NCBI RefSeq assembly: GCF_013149785.1
Contig: NZ_JABEZU010000001.1
Span: 744,001-808,000 of the forward strand
Source of the DNA: Isoptericola halotolerans
GTDB taxonomy: Bacteria; Actinomycetota; Actinomycetes; Actinomycetales; Cellulomonadaceae
Direction: 5' to 3'
DNA length: 64,000 nt
A program made the position numbers and the translations under genes. Each line of letters starts with the position of its first letter. The first letter of the stretch is position 1. Shown here piece after piece: positions 56,647 to 64,000 of the stretch. The notes under the pieces were generated by a model. That model was not told the origin of the DNA, made no database searches, and saw only the letters and a list, made by a program, of their open reading frames with translations.

Positions 56647-58784
56647 GCTTCGAGGTCTTCCGCGACACCTGGGGCGTGCCGCACGTGCGGGCCGGCACCG
56701 AGCTGGACCTCGCCCGCGGGCAGGGGTACGTCACCGCGCGCGACCGCGGATGGCAGCTCGAGTCGGACCGGTGGCGGGCCGAGGGACGGCTCGCCACGCG
56801 GTTCGGGCCGAGCGGGCTCGCCTGGGACCGGTTCGCCGTCCGGGTGCGGCTGGCCGACACCGCGCGGCGGGCCTTCGAGGCGCTGGCCGGTCCCGAGCGG
56901 GAATGGCTCGCCGCCTACACCGCCGGGGTGAACGCGGGGCTGTCCGAGGGTGGGCGCGACGTCCCCGAGCTCGCGGCGCTCACCGACGCGCCCGGCCGGA
57001 TGCCCGCGCACGAGCCCTGGCCCGACTGGATGCCGCTCGGGGTCTTCCTGACCAACCACGTCCTGTTCGGCACCTGGCCGCACCTGCTGTGGCGCGAGCA
57101 GGTCCGACGGGTGCTCGGTCGCGAGAACCCGCTCGCCGCGATCCTGTCCGGCGCGCAGGACGCCGCCGGGTCGGGGTCCAACGCCTGGGTGCTCACCGGG
57201 GGGCGGACGGCGAGCGGGCTGCCCCTGCTCGCCGGCGACCCGCACCGCCTGCTCGAGCTGCCGGGGGTCTACCAGCAGGTCCGCCTCGCCTGCGACGAGT
57301 ACGACGTGGTCGGGCTGGCCTTCCCCGGCGTGCCCGGGGTGCTGCACTTCGGCCAGGCGCAGGCGCCCGACGGCGGGTCCGTCGCGTGGGGCATCACCAA
57401 CGCCCTCGCCCACCAGACCGAGCTGTTCACCGAGACGGCGCGGTCGCTGGCCGCCGAGGACGTCCGGCGTGGTGCCGAGACGGTGCCGGTGCGAGCCGGG
57501 GAGCCGGTCGAGGTCGACTGGGTCGAGACGCCCCGTGGCCCGCTCGTGACGGACCGGCACGCGCTGCGCTGGCCCGTCCGGGTGGGGGCGGACCTCGGCG
57601 TCGCGTCCTGGCGAGCCCTGCAGCGCGCACGGTCCGCCGCCGACGTCGCCGAGGCGTTCACCGGCTGGGTGGAGCCCGTCAACAGGGTGCTCACCGCCGA
57701 CTCGGACGGGACGGTGCTCAGCGTGACCGCGGGCAGGGTGCCCGAGCGCAGTGCGGCGCAGCGTGTGCTGCCGCACGCCGTCGGGTCCGCGTGGAGCCCG
57801 CCGCCGTGGCGTGCGCCGTCGGCCCCCGTGCCGGTGGGCGACCTGGCGGTGGATGCCAACGAGCGACCCGGCCCGGACGGACGGGTGCCGGACCTCGGGC
57901 TGGTGTACGCACCGCACCGGGCGGCCCGGATCCGTGAGCTGTTGGCCGTGCCGCCGGACGGTGGTGACCGGCCGGAGGGTCAGGAGCGGGTGCACGGCGA
58001 CGTCGCGGACGCCGGTGCGGCGGGACTGGTGGGATGGCTCGACGGGGTCAGCGGCGCGGGCGTCGGACCGGCGGCCGAGCGGCTGCGGAGCTGGGCGGCC
58101 TCCGGTGCCCGGATGACCGCGGACTCGCCCGAGGCCGCCCTGTTCGTCACCTGGCGCGACGAGCTGGTCCGGCGGTTCGCCGAGCACCCGGCGCTCGCCG
58201 CCCTGCACGAGACGACCTCGGCCCCTGCCGTCCTGGCACCGTGGTTCGACGTCCGTGCCCGGACCGGGCAGGTCCTCGAGGAGCTGCTGGCGGCCGCCGG
58301 CTCGTGGTCGCCGCCGCTGGACGCCCGGGCCGTGGCGCAGGAGGCGCTCGTCTCCGCCCTCGCGGCGCTGCGCTCACGAGGACGGCGCGCCGGGCCGGGC
58401 ACGCGGTGGGGCGAGCTGCACCCCGTCGTGCCGCTGCACGCGCTGGCCGAGGCGACGGGCGTCGACCCGGCGCTGGTGCCCGGGGTGCCGCGCGACCGTC
58501 GGGCTCCCGTCGGGGGCGCCGCTGACACGGTGTGCTGCACCGGGTCGGTGCCCGGGGTGTCCACCGCCTCGTGGCGAGGATCCGTGGCGCGCTGGGTGTG
58601 GGACCTGTCGGACCGTCGCCGCAGCCGGTGGGGAGTGCCGTTCGGGGCGTCGGGCGACCCGCGCTCGGAGCACTTCGCCGACCAGCACGCCGAGTGGGCC
58701 CGCGCGGGCACGCACGAGATCGAGACCGACTGGGCGCGGCTGCGCCGGGAGACGTGGGAGGACGCATGGACCACCGACTGCTGA
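56643..58784 (+). CDS. Penicillin acylase family Ntn-hydrolase (DesG-like)
   Basis: RDTWGVPHV, GSGSNAW (Ser nucleophile), LAGDPH and PFGASGDP.S.HF.DQ. Confidence 0.9.
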   Translation: MSFEVFRDTWGVPHVRAGTELDLARGQGYVTARDRGWQLESDRWRAEGRLATRFGPSGLAWDRFAVRVRLADTARRAFEALAGPEREWLAAYTAGVNAGLSEGGRDVPELAALTDAPGRMPAHEPWPDWMPLGVFLTNHVLFGTWPHLLWREQVRRVLGRENPLAAILSGAQDAAGSGSNAWVLTGGRTASGLPLLAGDPHRLLELPGVYQQVRLACDEYDVVGLAFPGVPGVLHFGQAQAPDGGSVAWGITNALAHQTELFTETARSLAAEDVRRGAETVPVRAGEPVEVDWVETPRGPLVTDRHALRWPVRVGADLGVASWRALQRARSAADVAEAFTGWVEPVNRVLTADSDGTVLSVTAGRVPERSAAQRVLPHAVGSAWSPPPWRAPSAPVPVGDLAVDANERPGPDGRVPDLGLVYAPHRAARIRELLAVPPDGGDRPEGQERVHGDVADAGAAGLVGWLDGVSGAGVGPAAERLRSWAASGARMTADSPEAALFVTWRDELVRRFAEHPALAALHETTSAPAVLAPWFDVRARTGQVLEELLAAAGSWSPPLDARAVAQEALVSALAALRSRGRRAGPGTRWGELHPVVPLHALAEATGVDPALVPGVPRDRRAPVGGAADTVCCTGSVPGVSTASWRGSVARWVWDLSDRRRSRWGVPFGASGDPRSEHFADQHAEWARAGTHEIETDWARLRRETWEDAWTTDC

Positions 58785-59350
58785 CGGGCGCACCAGGCGA
58801 GGAGGTGTGGCGGGACGGGGCAGGGACGACCGTGCACGTGCTCGACCCGGTGGCCGACGTCGACGTGCTGCACGCCTGGGTGAACCGACCGCACGCCGGG
58901 TTCTTCGGGCTCGGCGGCCTCTCCCGGGACGAGCTGCGCGACACGTACCTGTTCGTCGACTCGCTGCCCACGCACCACGCCTACCTCGTGCGGGCCGCCG
59001 GCGAGCCCGCGGCGCTGGTCCAGCTCTACCACCCGGAGGACGACCCGGTCGCGGCGGCCTACGACGTCGAGCCGGGTGACGTCGGTGCGCACTTCTTCAA
59101 GGGCAGCGACGAGCTCGACTGGACGGTGTTCGGCGCCGCCCTGCTGGCGTTCGCCTTCGCGTGCCCGGGAGCGCGGCGGATCGTGGCGGAGCCGGACGTG
59201 CGGAACCGGCCGGCGATCGCCCGGATGGCGGCGCTGGGGTTCGAGCTCGCCGGCGAGGTGCACTTCGACTCGCCGCACGGCCCCAAGGACGCCCGGCTCG
59301 GGTTCCTCCCGAGAGCACGGGCGACGTCGCTCCTCGCCCGGCTCGGCTGA
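58766..59350 (+). CDS. GNAT acyltransferase (AlcB/Acetyltransf_8-like)
   Basis: LHAWVN, GDVGAHF and RIVAEPDVRN..AI......GF. Paralogous to the DesC domain. Confidence 0.85.
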   Translation: MDHRLLTGAPGEEVWRDGAGTTVHVLDPVADVDVLHAWVNRPHAGFFGLGGLSRDELRDTYLFVDSLPTHHAYLVRAAGEPAALVQLYHPEDDPVAAAYDVEPGDVGAHFFKGSDELDWTVFGAALLAFAFACPGARRIVAEPDVRNRPAIARMAALGFELAGEVHFDSPHGPKDARLGFLPRARATSLLARLG

Positions 59351-59356
59351 CGGCGG

Positions 59357-60436
59357 TCAGCGCGCCGGCACCGGTCCCGTCGTCGTGCCGGGGACCAGCC
59401 CGACCGGGAGCGCGACGGACGCCGGTTCCTCGCCGGCGATCAGGTCGATCGCGGCCTGCCCGAGCCTCGTGCCCTTCTCCCGCAGGGGCTGGTGCACGCT
59501 GGTCAGCACGTCGGGGGACAGCCACGGCAGGTCGAGGCCGTCGAACCCGGCGATCGAGACCTCCTCGGGGATGCGCAGCCCGAGCTCGCGGGCTGCGATG
59601 ACGGCCCCGGCCGCCAGCAGGTCGGAGTGCGCGACGATCGCCGTCGGACGTTCGGAGGACGGCACCCACGTGCCGAGGATCTCCGTGGCGGCGTCACGGC
59701 CGTGCTCGACCAGCGAGGCCGGGGTCTCCCAGGTGATGACGGGTTCGACGACGTCGCGGATCCCTGCCATGCGGTGCGCGGTGGGGGTGCGGTCGACGCA
59801 GGTGGCCCGCTCGGCGTCCACCGGGCCCGACCGTTCCCCGCGGCTGAGGGGCAGCGCGATCTCGGCGATCCGGGTGTGCCCGAGCTCGACCAGGTGGCGC
59901 ACGGCCTCGGCGGCGCCGGCACGGTCCTCCAGGGACACCAGCGGTGCCCCCTCGACGGCACGCCCCTCACCGACGACGACGGGCACGTTGCGGCGCTGCA
60001 GGGCGGCCAGCGCCGGGTCGTCCTTCAGCACGCCCCACACGAGCACCGCGACGTCCATCGCGGCGGTCTCCAGCAGCGGGTCGACGGCCTCGTCCCCGAG
60101 GTCGACCCCGGGGATGAGCAGGACGCCGAGACCCTCGGCGCCGAGCACGTCGACCAGGCCGTCGAGCACCTGCACGGCGACGGGGTCGCGGAAGGCACGG
60201 CCGGGGTGGTCCCCGATGACGACGCCGACGATGCCGGACCGTCCCCGACGCAGCTGGCGTCCCAGGGGGTTGGGTCCGGTGTAGCCGAGGTCGGTGGCGG
60301 CGGCGAGGACCTTGTCGCGGGTCTCGGGGGTGATGGGCCCGGAACCGGAGAAGGCGAGGGAGGCGGTCGAGACGGACACCCCGGCGCGCTCGGCGACGCG
60401 GGCGAGTGTGGGGCGGTTGCCCGGTGCGCGGCCCAT
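59357..60436 (-). CDS. LacI-family transcriptional regulator
   Basis: TLARVAERAGVSVSTASLAF HTH, LGY, and IPEEVSIAGFDG...LTSVHQP. Confidence 0.94.
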   Translation of the reverse strand: MGRAPGNRPTLARVAERAGVSVSTASLAFSGSGPITPETRDKVLAAATDLGYTGPNPLGRQLRRGRSGIVGVVIGDHPGRAFRDPVAVQVLDGLVDVLGAEGLGVLLIPGVDLGDEAVDPLLETAAMDVAVLVWGVLKDDPALAALQRRNVPVVVGEGRAVEGAPLVSLEDRAGAAEAVRHLVELGHTRIAEIALPLSRGERSGPVDAERATCVDRTPTAHRMAGIRDVVEPVITWETPASLVEHGRDAATEILGTWVPSSERPTAIVAHSDLLAAGAVIAARELGLRIPEEVSIAGFDGLDLPWLSPDVLTSVHQPLREKGTRLGQAAIDLIAGEEPASVALPVGLVPGTTTGPVPAR

Positions 60437-60495
60437 GGCGCTCCTTCCGGCAGACGGTGCGAGCCGCCAGCCTATCGGTGCGTCGGACCGTTCGC

Positions 60496-60509
60496 TCGAA
60501 TCGATTTGA
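60496..60509. promoter_or_regulatory. Putative LacI operator TCGAATCGATTTGA
   Basis: Near-palindrome with central CG between the divergent LacI and MFS genes. Confidence 0.65.
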
Positions 60510-60540
60510 CGACGGCCCGGCCGTCCGGAACCGTCGGACC

Positions 60541-61809
60541 GTGAACACCTCTGCACCCACGGCGGCCGAGCGTCGTCTGCGCACCGCCACCTGGGCGGTC
60601 CTCGGCGTCTTCGCCGCCGCCGGCTTCGGCATGGCGACCTGGTTCTCGCGCATCCCCGCCGTGCGGGACGGTCTCGGCTACTCCGAGTCGCAGATGGGGC
60701 TTCTGCTGCTGACCGCCTCGGTCGGCTCGATCATCGCGCTGCCCGTCTCCGGCATGATCACCTCCCGCATCGGTGCCGGCCGCGCCGTGCTGTTCTTCAC
60801 CGCCGTGTCCGCCGTGGGCTACACGGTCGCGTGCCTCGGCGTCGGTGCCGAGGAGCACCTGTGGGTGCGGGCCGGCATGTTCGTCGCCGGGATCGGTGTC
60901 GGCGTGTGGGACGCGGCCATGAACCTCGAAGGGGCGGCCGTCGAGCAGCGCCTGGGACGCGCGATCATGCCGCGCTTCCACGCGGCCTTCTCGGTGGGAA
61001 CCGTCGTGGGGGCGGCGCTGGGCGCCGGCATCATCCGGCTCGGTGTCGACCTGCTCTGGCACCTGGCGGGTGTCGTCGTGCTGTACACGGTGGTCGTCGC
61101 GCTGTGCGTGCGTGCCTTCCAGCCGGCGCACGACGCGGGCCCGCAGACCTCGATGGCCGGGGCGCAGGACACGATCGCCGACCCGGCTGCCGCCGTCGAG
61201 CCGTCGCACGGGCACAGCCTCAAGGACACGCTCGCCACCTGGCGCGAGCCGCGCACCCTGCTGGTCGGGCTCATCGTCATGGGTGCCGCCCTCACCGAGG
61301 GAGCGGCCAACGACTGGGTGGGTCTGGCCGTCGTGGACGGGTTCGACGCCCCGGAGGAGCTCGGTGCCACGGCGCTCGCCATCTTCCTCGGTGCGATGAC
61401 CATCACCCGGTTGGCCGGCACCCGGCTCATCGACCGGCTCGGCCGGGTGTGGGTGCTGCGCGCCTCCGGGGCGTCGGCGATCGCGGGCGTGCTGCTGTTC
61501 GGGCTCGTGCCGAGCCTCCCGCTCGCCCTCGTCGGCGTCGCCCTGTGGGGCGTGGGCGCGGCGCTCGGCTTCCCCCTCGGCATGTCGGCCGCGTCGGACG
61601 AGCCCGCCCGGGCCGCGCTGCGGGTGTCGGTCGTGGCGACCATCGGGTACTCGGCGTTCTTCGTCGGCCCCGCACTCATCGGCTTCCTCGCGGACGTCAC
61701 CGGCTACCGGCTCGCACTGCTGGTGCTGGCCGCGCCGCTGGTGCTGGCGCTGTTCGTCGCCGGTGCCGCGCGGCCTCCTCAGGAGCCCGCTCGCGACGAG
61801 ACGGCCTAG
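60541..61809 (+). CDS. MFS transporter
   Basis: ~12 TM helices, W.SRIPAVRD.L, D.AMN, FHAAFS and EGAANDW motifs. Confidence 0.9.
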   Translation: MNTSAPTAAERRLRTATWAVLGVFAAAGFGMATWFSRIPAVRDGLGYSESQMGLLLLTASVGSIIALPVSGMITSRIGAGRAVLFFTAVSAVGYTVACLGVGAEEHLWVRAGMFVAGIGVGVWDAAMNLEGAAVEQRLGRAIMPRFHAAFSVGTVVGAALGAGIIRLGVDLLWHLAGVVVLYTVVVALCVRAFQPAHDAGPQTSMAGAQDTIADPAAAVEPSHGHSLKDTLATWREPRTLLVGLIVMGAALTEGAANDWVGLAVVDGFDAPEELGATALAIFLGAMTITRLAGTRLIDRLGRVWVLRASGASAIAGVLLFGLVPSLPLALVGVALWGVGAALGFPLGMSAASDEPARAALRVSVVATIGYSAFFVGPALIGFLADVTGYRLALLVLAAPLVLALFVAGAARPPQEPARDETA

Positions 61810-61875
61810 CGTGCGTCCGGCTGCCGTCGTGCTCGGGGGCCCCCGGTACCGCCGGATCGCCCGTACGCTGGACCG

Positions 61876-63096
61876 GTGAGCCAGACCGTACCGAGCGCCC
61901 CCGCCGAGCCGACCACCGGCGTCGGACCTGACGCCGTCCCGAACCTGTCCGACCTGACGACCCTGCGGGTCGGCGGGCCGGCGGGCGAGTACGTCGAGGC
62001 GACCACAGAGGCCGAGCTGATCGAGGCCGTGCGCTCTGCGGACGACGCCGGGACGCCGCTGCTGGTGGTCGGTGGCGGGTCGAACCTGCTGGTCGCGGAC
62101 GAGGGGTTCGACGGCGTCGTGGTGCGGGACGTGCGCCAGGGTCTGGAGGCCGACCTGGCCGACTCCTGCGGCACGGACGGGGCGTGCGGCGGCGCGAGCC
62201 TGAGCCTGCCCGCGGGGCAGGACTGGGACGCCTTCGTCGCCCAGGCCGTGGCGAACGAGTGGGTCGGCGTCGAGGCGCTGTCGGGCATCCCGGGGACGAT
62301 GGGCGCCGCGCCGGTGCAGAACATCGGGGCGTACGGCCAGGAGGTCTCCGGCGTCGTGGCGTCGGTGCAGACGTGGGACCGGGCGACCGGGCAGCGCAAG
62401 CTGCTCACCCTGTCCGAGCTGGGGTTCGGCTACCGCACGAGCGTGCTCAAGCGGTCGATGCGTGCCGACGTGACGAGCGGCGACCTCTGGTACCCGACGC
62501 CGCGCTACGTGGTGCTGCAGGTGAACCTGCAGATGCGCCTCGGGTCGCTCTCCGCGCCGGTCGCCTACGCGGAGCTCGCACGCCGCTTGGGTGTCGAGGT
62601 GGGGCAGCGGGCACCCTCGGTCGAGGTGCGCGAGGCCGTCCTGGAGCTCCGGGCCGGCAAGGGCATGCTGCTCGACGGCGTCGGGGGGGCCGCCGCGCCC
62701 GACCACGACCGGTGGAGCGCCGGGTCGTTCTTCACCAACCCCGTCGTGCCGGTGGAGGCGGCGGGCGGCCTGCCCGACGACGCCCCGCGCTACCCGGTGC
62801 GCTCGGCGACCCCCACCACCACGACAGGGCCTGCCGTGGGTGAGATCGACCCGTCGCTGGTCAAGACGTCGGCCGCCTGGCTGATCGAGCAGGCCGGGTT
62901 CACCAAGGGCTTCGGGGTGGCGGGGGAGCACTCCCCGGCCCGGCTGTCGACGCGGCACACGCTGGCGCTGACCAATCGCGGCGGAGCGACGGCGCAAGAT
63001 CTCGTGGCGCTGGCGCGGGCCGTCCGCGACGGGGTGCGCGACGAGTTCGGCATCGAGCTGGAGCCCGAGCCGGTCCTCGTCGGCCTCGCCCTCTGA
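61876..63096 (+). CDS. murB: UDP-N-acetylmuramate dehydrogenase
   Basis: TTLRVGGPA, GGGSNLL, GIPG..GAAPVQNIGAYG, FGYR.S, SAGSFFTNP, HTLALTN and LEPEP. Confidence 0.96.
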   Translation: MSQTVPSAPAEPTTGVGPDAVPNLSDLTTLRVGGPAGEYVEATTEAELIEAVRSADDAGTPLLVVGGGSNLLVADEGFDGVVVRDVRQGLEADLADSCGTDGACGGASLSLPAGQDWDAFVAQAVANEWVGVEALSGIPGTMGAAPVQNIGAYGQEVSGVVASVQTWDRATGQRKLLTLSELGFGYRTSVLKRSMRADVTSGDLWYPTPRYVVLQVNLQMRLGSLSAPVAYAELARRLGVEVGQRAPSVEVREAVLELRAGKGMLLDGVGGAAAPDHDRWSAGSFFTNPVVPVEAAGGLPDDAPRYPVRSATPTTTTGPAVGEIDPSLVKTSAAWLIEQAGFTKGFGVAGEHSPARLSTRHTLALTNRGGATAQDLVALARAVRDGVRDEFGIELEPEPVLVGLAL

Positions 63097-63137
63097 GCCC
63101 TCACCACCTGAGGGCCGTGGGTGCACGACGGGTGAGG

Positions 63138-64000
63138 TCAGTAGACGACGACGGTCGTGCCCTGGGGCATGCCCCAGTCGTCCCACAGCCAGTTCATCGC
63201 CGAGTTCGACACCCGGATGCAGCCGTGCGACGCGGGCCACGGTGGGATCGACGGCGACCCGTGCACGGCGATGCCCCCCGTGAAGTACTTCGGCCGGTAC
63301 ATCGCCCCGAGCTCGAGCGTCGACTCGTGCAGGTAGTCGCGCTCCATGTAGACGCTGAACGTCCCGCGCGGGGTCGTCGCCCGGTAGCTGCGACCCTTCG
63401 CCTCGAAGCTCTCGCCGTTGCCCGACGACGCGTTGAGGGTGCGCACCACCCGTCCGTCCTCCACCGCGAGCAGGAGCTGACGGTCGAGGTCGATCTCGAC
63501 GACCTTGCCCTTCGACGACTGAGGGGACGGTCGCGCGCCGTCCTTCAGGGCCTGGCGCGTCTTCGGCCCGACGACGGCGTCACGGCCCAGGCCTGCTGCC
63601 TTCTGCAGCGCCCACACCGCCTGCTGCGTCTGCGGTCCGAACGAGCCGTCGGCCTCGGGCAGGTAGTAGCCGAGCTCGATCAGGTCCTCCTGCAGCGCGC
63701 GCACCTTCGTGCCCGTGGCGCCCCGCTCGAGGTGGTCGGGCTTCTTCTTCTCGGCCTTCTCCTCGTCCACCTCGCCGGCAGAGCCCTCGGCGTCGGACTC
63801 GTCGGGCTCCTCGGCCCGCTCGTCCTCGTCCTGCGCCCCCTGCTCCTCCGGCTCCTCGGCTTCTTCGACCTCCTCGGGTTCCGTGGAGGGTTCCGCGGTC
63901 CGGGTCGGGTCAGGTGAGGCCGACGGCGACGCGTCGGCCGACGGCGTGACCGGCGGCGGGTCCGGCGGCTCCTCGGACGGCGTCGTGGTGCTGGTCGGCT
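63138..64000 (-). CDS. L,D-transpeptidase family protein with peptidoglycan-binding domain (5' partial)
   Basis: PG-binding LQ..L..LGY....DG.FGP.T motif and catalytic HGS......ASHGCIR. Frame stays open to the window edge through a Pro/Glu-rich linker. Confidence 0.9.
   Translation of the reverse strand, partial: PTSTTTPSEEPPDPPPVTPSADASPSASPDPTRTAEPSTEPEEVEEAEEPEEQGAQDEDERAEEPDESDAEGSAGEVDEEKAEKKKPDHLERGATGTKVRALQEDLIELGYYLPEADGSFGPQTQQAVWALQKAAGLGRDAVVGPKTRQALKDGARPSPQSSKGKVVEIDLDRQLLLAVEDGRVVRTLNASSGNGESFEAKGRSYRATTPRGTFSVYMERDYLHESTLELGAMYRPKYFTGGIAVHGSPSIPPWPASHGCIRVSNSAMNWLWDDWGMPQGTTVVVY

Overview
High-GC actinobacterial chromosome segment, probably Micrococcales-like judging from gene content. 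The backbone runs nuoL(partial)-nuoM-nuoN, polyprenyl diphosphate synthase, FprA-like reductase, htpX, yajQ, rarD, tRNA-Tyr/Thr/Met, rpmG, a MaoC pair, LacI/MFS, murB and a partial L,D-transpeptidase. Three accessory blocks sit within it. (1) A type III PKS / methyltransferase / flavin monooxygenase operon with a divergent UbiA prenyltransferase (7.0-10.6 kb). (2) A ~26 kb all-plus-strand locus (18.6-44.9 kb), which is the most interesting feature. It couples a giant Ig/FN3 surface protein, MoxR, DUF58, a catalytically dead transglutaminase-like protein, FHA proteins, PP2C and a Ser/Thr kinase to an FHA-bearing EccC/EssC-like ATPase, a duplicated WXG100 gene and a WXG-led putative effector cassette. 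It looks like a non-canonical type VII secretion system with no recognisable EccB/D/E/MycP or EssA/EsaA in the window. A shared 18-bp palindrome (ATGGGkAGTsCTCCCCAT) precedes the operon and both WXG100 copies. (3) A Tat-exported protein, TPP riboswitch-thiC and an iron-box-controlled desferrioxamine-type siderophore cluster with a DesC-DesD fusion, an Ntn-hydrolase and an extra acyltransferase (47.7-59.4 kb). All calls come from motif reading by eye, no database searches were run, and several start codons were re-picked relative to the ORF track.
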